A stretch of DNA of 55,291 bases, taken from Octopus bimaculoides. Its lineage: Eukaryota. The DNA lies in contig NC_068991.1 of the NCBI RefSeq assembly GCF_001194135.2, positions 51,668,446 to 51,723,736 on the forward strand. The letters run 5' to 3'. Both the position numbers and the translations under genes were made by a program. The notes under the pieces are model-generated. The model was not told the origin of the DNA and searched no databases. It saw only the letters and a program-made list of their open reading frames with translations. Positions 13,558 through 23,400 of this stretch are shown piece by piece (position 1 is the first letter of the stretch; each line of letters begins with the position of its first letter).

Positions 13558-16500
13558 ATATACATATGTATATGTATAAATATATGTATATATATATATG
13601 TGTATATACATATATAGATATATAAATCAAAATAAGCAACAAGGATGTTCGAAGTTAATGCAGCACGATCATTTCATGCGACTCCATTAAATGTAAAATG
13701 CAGAGCAATCTTCAGCTGCACAAAGATATAGAAAGACTTTCTTTTGATGCTTCATATTAATACTTATTCTATCAGTCTCTTTTGCTAAACTGCTAAGTTA
13801 CGGGGATGTAAACACACCAGTACCTTGTGGCTGAGAAGCAAGCTTCTTACCACACAGCCCCATCTGATAGGTATATATATATATTTCATATGCACTATAC
13901 TTTTTAAATCCAGATATATAAAATCAAGCACAATAAGCAACTGATAATGGCAATTTTTGTAATTATTAAATTCATTTGATGAGGAAAAGAAATTGAAATA
14001 GTAAAACACTGTTTTATTTTAAGAATAATTCATTATTTGTTATTTTACTATTTCCAGTACATATTAGCAAAACGGGAGTAGATTTAGTATTTTTCATCTG
14101 ATTGCACTGGTTCACAATATTGTAAAATTGTCTCAAAGATGAGTTTTGTTGATAACTGTCAGAGTTCAGACTTCAACAAATAACTAAGGTTATAAATAAT
14201 GATTTGTTGGGCAGGAATATTCCAGAATAACTAAGAACATTTCCAATTTCTTTCTTTTGTTTCTCTTTCTTTCCCTGTCTCTTTCTTCAGAAATTACTCC
14301 TTCTAGAAAGATTTCAATGTAATTCTTTTTCAGTTAATATCTAAATATTATACCTTACTTTTTAAAAATCATTTTTTGAATTAGTTGATTTACTTGAAAT
14401 GGAATGTAATAAAAAAAGATAACAAAATTTTATTGTTTTAGAAACTCAAAATGAGTTGTCCATTGTTAGAATGGACAAATGTTCAGGACGAGCTTGTGGA
14501 CGTGATGAAGTGTTTTTACTCTGTGAAAAAGTTGCAAAAGGTGAGTTCAATTTATTTCTTTTGGTAGAGCTATTTTAGTTTGATGTTGTGCTGTTTGTAT
14601 ATGTTGTGAATAGCATCTGTATAGTGTTTGACTATGTAAGAATAAGGACTGAAGTATTTGCATGTGTGTGTGTGTTTGGAGGGGGGGGGTGATGAGCAAG
14701 TGTCTTCTTCCTTAACCTTAAATCAGCATAAACATTTTAAAATCTGGCCATATCTGGCCCAAATATTTGATCTGTTTTATGCTCAAATCATCCAGATCTG
14801 ACTTCTCATACCTACCTTACAATGACATTCTAAAAGTAAACAATCATGTCATTAAAATCTTGAAGCTATGACATAATGTGTGACTAATTCAAATTCAAAA
14901 CAATGTGAATAAATACACATTACATTTGACAGTATAATCTGAATGTGTTAAATGAAATTGGGTTGACAAAAACTGTACAGGTCCTCTAAAATAGAATGTA
15001 TGTTGAGATTTGCGGGCTTAGTTATGTCATGCTTATTCTAACTGACAATTGATTGTTTGTTGAAGGTTCAACCATTTACATGAGTAGGTAGCTCCTGTGA
15101 TTCAACAAGTAGGACAGTAGGATGTTCATTAACTTTTAGAAATAGCAGAGTGAGTCCATCATCAACCACCTCATTTACGCACCTGTTTTTTGTATGCTTA
15201 CATGGAGTATACAGGTCTTCATCACCACCTTTCTGATGGCCACCTTTTCTCAGATCAGATTTCACCTGTTCCTCTGTCTTCATTGCTTTTACTCTTCCTT
15301 AGATTCTTTCCCACTGCATTCCTTTATATATGCATCACAGATTCATACCAGCTCTTCTTTCTTGCACTGATCCCTAGTTTATATCATCCTCCTCATCATC
15401 ATCGTCGTTTAACGTCCGCTTTCCATGCTAGCAAGGGTTGGACGATTTGACTGAGGACTGGTAAAACCAGATGGCTACACCAGGCTCCAATCTGATTTGG
15501 CAGAGTTTCTACAGCTGGATGCCTTTCCTAACGCCAACCACTCCGAGNNNNNNNNNNACAGCTGGATGCCTTTCCTAACGCCAACCACTCCGAGAGTGTA
15601 GTGGGTGCTTTTACGTGCCACTGGCACGAAGGCCAGTCAGGCGGTACTGGCAACGGCCACGCTCAAAATGGTGTATTTTATGTGCCACCTGCACAAGAGC
15701 CAGTCCAGGAGCCTCATCATCATTTCATATCTGCTTTCCATGCTGGCATGGCTTGAATGGTTGAACAGGATCTAACAGGATCTAACAGGTTGAAGAACTT
15801 AGTCTTCTTCCAGCATTTCACTTTTGGTATAATTTTATACAGCTGGATGCCTTTCCTCTCTCACACCTTTGCTTTTGTTGCTCATCTCACACCCATTTCC
15901 TCATATTCTCTGTATTCTCTTTTTACACTGTACTATACTTCCAATGTGGCTGGGGATAGCAGTGGATTAGATCTCTTTTCTTTGCAGTACATTAGTGACT
16001 TTCTCTCTGTCACTCCTTTATGCAGCTCTCTTGCCGCTATTTTTCATTTACCCTGCCACCATCTTCATTATTCCAACCTCTCCAGCCCATCTCATTGCCT
16101 ATGTGTATGTGGCTACACTGAACCACTTGTGCCCAGTGTCGCACCCCACACTTGCCCCTTTGTGTCTCCTGCTCTCTCCTTTCCTATACTGCCTGTCACT
16201 GTATATCAACTTGCATGTCACCATACTCTTGTTCCTTTTCTCTCAGGTCCTTATCATCCCTCTGTTATTACTCTATTCCCTGGGTTATGTAGACTTTGGT
16301 CACCTCCCTCCTATCTCTCTCATCATCATCATCATCATCATCATTTAGTGTCCGTTTTTCGTGCTGGTATGGATAAGACAGTTTAACTGAGGCTGGTAAT
16401 CCAGAGATCTGCACCAGCCTCCAGTCTGTTTTGACTTGGTTTCTATGGCTGGATGTCCTTCCTTACACCAACCACTCCACTGAGTGTACTGGGTGTCCTT

Positions 16501-17419
16501 TTATGTGTCACTGACATGGGTGCTGTTTACATGTCACCAGCACGGATACCATTTATGTGTCACCAGCACAAATACCCTTTACATGTCACTGGCACATATG
16601 CCTTTCATGTATCACTAGCACTGGCCTTCAATATATGAATACCTGTCAGAATACTGAGTACTCCTGTTGCTCCTTCTGCTATCACACATACCTCTGTTAC
16701 TCATGTTTCTCACTCTGTAATGAGGCTTGGAAGCAAACAGAGCCATAGAGTTGAGAGTCGTCTTCAATCATAGAACATGGTTACGTCTAGATTGCCTGTG
16801 TCATGTAAAAATGCTCAATGCAGTTTGTAAATTGTGAGCTTGTGAGGATCCGTTACTCTAGTTGAGGATGTGACAACTTTCTGGTGCTGATAGCATAAAG
16901 AAAAAAAAGTACTCAGCACACTCTTTAAACAACAGAGTAAAAATGAACTAAGAGAAAAACAGGGTATCAGAGGAATTAGCTGTAGTGTTCAAGAGAGGAA
17001 GCTGCACTAAAGTAGACATGAAAGATGCCTGCTGTATATGAAAGTGCTGAGTATTTCATGTTAGTCGAACTTGTGGAACAGAGGAATCATGGAAAACTTG
17101 GGATGAAATGGAGAAGGCTGATCTTAAGATATTGCATTCTATAGATGAGGTGACAAAGGACTGTATTGGTTAGGGATAATGTAGTGTTACAGAAAACTTG
17201 CTCCTCTGGGAAAATGCTCTCTAAAACAAGAGTAGTGATTAAGAGGCTATAACACACATATATGCAATTGCATGTATGTGTGTGCCTGTATATGTATATA
17301 TATGTATATATATATACTGCTTTCTCCCAAGCCCGGTTTGCCATATGGTTTTACATCTCCCCTTCAGGACTCCTATTTCTTCATCATTTACAGCACATTC
17401 TCTCCTATATATATTTATG

Positions 17420-17494
<75 letters not shown>

Positions 17495-18964
17495 CATATA
17501 TAAAACCAGTGAGGATTTGTGACTGGAAGGGCATCCAGCTGTAGAAAATCTGCCTTAACAAATTCTGCCTGACTTATGTAAGCATTAAAAAGGGGACATT
17601 AAATGATGATGATGGTGTATATATGTGTGTGTATATGTTTGTAAGTAATTATATTTTAATTGTATTTAATATTCTTTGCTTTAAAATAGATAACATAAAA
17701 GTACGCTTCTTTGAAGAAGACTCTACTTGGGAAGCTCATGGAGAATTTAATCCATCAGATGTCCACCATCAAGTAAGTTTTTATTGATTAACGTCTGTTG
17801 TCATCATTCTCTCCAACTATACCTTACTTTATATGTAAATCCACACTTATAAACACCCCACTGCCAACCACTTAATTAGTCTTCAACTATGCTGTTTCTC
17901 TCCCCCACGTGTTGCAAATACAATAAGTTGTAGTCATGTGAAATTGCTATCTACCATACACACCATATTTACAAACCCTCATTAACTGCTGTTCTCTGTA
18001 AGGTTAATGAAAGATCATATGTGTTATAGATACAGTCATTTCTCCTTCAGTTAAATCTTTAAAAACAACTGTGAACCTGTAGCTTCTAAATTTGTACATT
18101 ATTTGTAATCAATTACAACTCTTAAATTATTCACTATTGCAGTTTTAATTACATTGTTACAAGATTTTTGTGTGGGAAAGATTTTACTTTGTTATAATTG
18201 ATACTCTGCAAAGTTGGCACCAAAAATATACCAATTCATAACCCTTGTAAGGAAATGTTCTAGGGGCTTCTAGAATGAAGTATCACATGATACCTGGCTG
18301 CTGATTGGTCCATAACTTGGTCAGTTACATGGAGAAGCTGTTGTTAATGTTGTGATTTTAACCGGGCTCTGTGTCAACTTGGTTTCAAGTCTTGCTACAA
18401 CATTAACATTATGTGAGAAAAATTTTAAATTCTTTTAAAATATGGTTGTTTTGTGTTGATTTTTTTCTATCACTAAAATACTTGTGCATTTTACATAGCT
18501 TATTTATTATTACTTTTCTTCTCTCTTATCTTAGTACGCTATTGTATTCAAAACACCACCCTATAGGAATATCAGAATTACAAAAGACGTGACTGTATTA
18601 CTACAGTTAGTTCGACCTTCAGATTTTGCATATAGTAATCCAATCAAGTTCACCTACCAACCAGAAGATCCTGGTAAGTTAAAATATACTCCTCTTCATT
18701 ACTATAATACCAATAATACTAATCAAACATAAAACACCAACATCCTTTACGTATTTTTCTTTTATTTTTTTATTCTTTTACTTGTTTCAGTCATTTGACT
18801 GTAGCCATGCTGGAGCACTGCTTTGAAGGGTCTTAGTTGAACAAATCAACCCCAGGACTTATTATTTTAAGCCTTGTACTTATTCTATCAGATTCTTTTG
18901 CCAAACCACCAAGTTACGGGGACATAAACACACACAAGCAGTGATGCGGAGACAAGCACAGACT

Positions 18965-19008
<44 letters not shown>

Positions 19009-20431
19009 GGACTTCTTTCAGTTTCTGTCAACCAAATTTACTTACAAGGCTTTGGTCAACCCGAGGCTGTCATAGAAGGCACTTGCCCAAGATGCCACAC
19101 AGTTGGACTGAATCCAGAACCATATGGTTTGGAAGTAACCCTTTTACCACATAGCCATGCCTGCCAAACTTTTTTTTTTTTAGTTAATGGTAATGCTTCT
19201 CATTGGAATCCATAAATCTCTTTTTACAAATCAAGGAGCCTCTTCTTTACTAGCTATTCTATAATTTAACCCTTTAGCATTTAAACCACCCATATCCAAC
19301 CGAAATTTTCTACCTATTTTAAGTTCAAACTGGCTAGATCTAGCCCCTCACACCTATCCTACAATGTTATTCTAAAAATAACATTCAGATCATCGAAAGG
19401 TCAAAGCTACAAGATAATGCAAGAGTAATTCAAAACAATGTAAATTAATAATCATTTCATTTGACAGAGTAATCTGAATGCTAAAAGGTTAATTCAGTAG
19501 AAGGATAGTGACAGGTATGAAAATTCTATTAATCTTCTCTACATTTAATAATCCCTCAATTTTAAAAGCTTTAAACTGCATTATGAAATGTGTTGCTTTC
19601 ATTTTCATTTTTTTTTTCTCTCTTTTTTTTATAATCTTCCATGTTCAAAGTAATCATCTCACATTTTCTTCACAGCCAGCACTCCTTTCAGCAATATGCA
19701 TACCTTAAATGCATCTTTGAAATCTATTATTTTTCCTTCCATTTTACATTCTTATATGAGTTTGATAAGTCAACAAATCCATGGAATATTATTTTAGTTG
19801 AAGGATAAATAAGGTTATAAGCAATCTATGAAACATATCAACAAATGTTTAACTCTGAGTGTTTTTGTAAGACAGCTTAAAGTAGAATTATTCATTTTGT
19901 GATAATTGTATGAAAATAATATTTTTTAACTCATTTGATTATTGGAGAATAACTGAAACCATCTTTTTGTAGCAATTGTGGAGAAGGAGTTATACTGGTA
20001 TTATATGTTAGGATTAATGAATAATTTGAGTCCAGCTCTGCAAGAGTATCATTGCTACTTACTAAAGTGAAAGTGTAGTTACACAGTACTTATTTACAGT
20101 TACATAGGCTGGTTACCTCACTTACAGAATTTTTTGATTCTCATGTCTCTAAGAGCTAATCCAGCATTCAATAATGTCATCTTTTGAATTTTCCTTACAA
20201 AATTATGACTGGATACTTTTTACTCTTTTACTTGTTTCAGTCATTTGACTATGGCCATGCTGGAGCACTGCCTTTTTAGTCGAGCTAATCAACCCCAGGA
20301 CTTATTCTTTGTAAGCCCAGTACTTATTCTATCGGTCTCTTTAGCCGAACCGCTAAGTTACGGGGACGTAAACACACCAGCATTGGTTGTCAAGCGATGT
20401 TGGGGGGACAAATACAGACACACAAACATAT

Positions 20432-20470
<39 letters not shown>

Positions 20471-23400
20471 NNNNNNNNNNNNNNNNNNNNNNNNNNNNNN
20501 NNNNNNNNNNNNNNNNNNNNNNNNNNNNNNNNNNNNNNNNNNNNNNNNNNNNNNNNNNNNNNNNNNNNNNNNNNNNNNNNNNNNNNAGTTACCATCTACC
20601 AAATCCACTCACAAAGTTTTGGTCGGCTCGAGGCTATAGTAGAAGACACTTGTCCAAGGTGCCACACAGTGGGACTGAACCTGGAACCATGTGGTTGGTA
20701 AGCAAGCTACTTACCACACAGCTACTCCTATACAAACAAATTTTAAAAACAAAATTATTCAACATCAAGAAAACTAGATTTAAAACAAAACAAGAATGGT
20801 TTCTACTTGAATATTTCATGATTTGTGAAATATTAATAATTTTCATATTTCTTGTTTTTGTTACTTCAAGTTGTAAAACTTTTTAGATTATCAATTGATA
20901 GAATTTGCAATAACAAATATGTCTTCTCTCTTGCTTATATTGACAATTAGAAAGCAAATTTTTTATGATTATTTTTCATTTTTAAAGACCATCATCTGTG
21001 TCTAAATCATCACTAGTGTTCTCTCTGGATAGTTAAAATTTGCTCTTATCTAATTTCACTTTTTATAGATCCAGACAGGATTGAAGAGAAGAGGAAGCGA
21101 AAAGTCCACACAGCATGTAAGCATTGTATCAAATTGGGAGTTTATTCCTTTGTTTTAGTCATTAGTAACTCTTTTAAAGATAATACCTTCTGAAATAATT
21201 TTTCCTGACTAATTTGAGCAATTAATCTGTCTTAGATGTGTACTAATGTCTTAGATATCTACTAATGTCTGAGATGTTTCCTAATGAAAGTGTTTCAATG
21301 ATAGAATCTCAAAGTTGTCAAAAAATCTAATATGTAAATTTCAGTTGCTTTCTGCGTTTATTGCAATAGTGATACCCACCAAAAGTTTTCTTAATATTTA
21401 AAAAATGTTTTCTGCAGTGTACTTTATTTTTTTTATCCGAGTTTATGGAAACTTTCTTTGAAAAATAACTGCTAATCATACTTTGAGCAACAACTTGCTT
21501 AATGATTTAATCAATAAATTAATGGCAGATAAAGTGACATATCTACTTCTTTCATGCACACCCAATATCTGATTTTGATCTATCCAATTTTTCATCAAGT
21601 GATTTAAATAGAATATTACCTAAAGAATGGTCAGGCACTGAACCTTGTACAAATAATGTTGGTTCAAAAATGCATTTAGGACTTGATTTAAAACTTTTTG
21701 AGTATTTTTTCAAATTTTATCATCACCTAACAAACTAATTTGCATCTGGAGCAAAAACAAGCTGTTACTTTTGTTCTTATATGTTAAAATTTGTACATAT
21801 ATTGATATGTTGTCTCTAACTAGAGCAACAGATTCCCTGTAAGTTACTTAATAAGCTGTAAAAATGTCAGGCTAAAATAGTTTGTTTCAATGTTTGTGTG
21901 TCCGTGTCTATTAGTAATTGCATTTAATTTATTAACTCGCACTTAAGCAAAAGTGGGGTATTGTAATTACTCATCTTTGTCTGTGTGTGTGCAAAATTAC
22001 TGGAAAACAGCTGAACGAATTGTTACCACATTTGGCAGAAATGCTCATTGGGCAAGTGGCTCAAAATGATGAGCATTTGGTTTGATTAGCTTTTAAAAAA
22101 TAATTTTTTTTTTTTCAAATTTTCTGATAAGCGATTGGTCATATTATTTTGTTCACTTTTTTTTTTCATATGAATTGACCTTTGTCTGCATGTTTATAGA
22201 CCATGGTGTACCTATGCACATACACATGTGCATACATACATACGTACATAAATATATACATAGATATGCGACTGTATGTCTGTGTGCATGCATGGGTGTG
22301 TGTACAGTGATGGATTTGCAGGTTTCATTTATTTACAACTTGATTTCTTAATTTCGCCAGAGTATAAATACATATAATGGTGATACTTAAAAAAAGAAAT
22401 TTTTTTTATCGAACTTACAAATTTCTTGATAAACAAGTAATCATATTATTTGGTTCACTTTCTTTTCCTCATCAGTCGACCTTCATCTGCATGTGTATAG
22501 ATCATGCTGTACTTATGCGCATAGACACATGTGCATACATACATACATACATAGACTGTGTGTGTGTGTACATGATGGATTTGAGGGTTTCATTTATTTA
22601 CAAGTTGATTTCTTAATTTCACCTATAATGGTGAGACTTGAAAAACAAAATTCAGTTCAATTAAAAAGCATGGTAAATAACACATTGTAAGCTACACTAT
22701 AATTTGCGAAAAAATTTATCTGTGTACAGGGTATGCATTACCCCACCAATGCCTTTTTTTTTCATTATCAGCATGTTTCTTGTCATCATGTTTTTAAGTG
22801 TATCTGTTTTTTTTTTAGTTATTGTTGTGTAATTAATTAACACACACACATGCACAACATTATTTTTAGCTTAAATGACTTATATTAAAAAAAGAAACTG
22901 AGTCTTTTCTGAAATGTTGTCATTTTCCACAATAAATGAACTACAAACATTTGAATTAGCAATTTTTAGGTATTTCCCTCATTAAAAACTAATGGTAGAT
23001 CAGCAGAATTTAACTTAAGCCATTTGAACCATTTTTGCAGAGATAGCATTAACATGCAACTTGATCTATTCCAGGTGCTACAGATGCGCAAACTATTAGC
23101 AAAAATGATCTAAAAAACCGTCTTCGCTTGCGAGCAATTCGAGGAGGCAAAAGTGGTAAGTGTTATAATTTTACTAACTTGATAAAGTGAGAATAGTTTG
23201 AATTCAAATGTTCAAGAAAAGGAATATTTGTTACACTGTCTTCTTCGAGCTTCAGTATTATGAATATTATTGGTGCTATTGTTGTCATTAAAAGAACTGA
23301 CTACATTATGTTATTATGACTTTACTCATCATCATGATCATCATCATGTATCATACACTTTTCCAGTCTGTTGATGTATCGCGTGAGGTGGAGGTTGTCA

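Noticed and set aside
15511-15594. 37-bp perfect direct repeat
   Set aside because: The copies sit either side of a 10-N gap: a contig-overlap artefact.
18674-18732. Dorsal-B-like isoform by read-through of the intron after the RHD
   Set aside because: Read-through gives only 19 codons ([19 protein letters not shown]) before TAA; there is no long alternative ORF.
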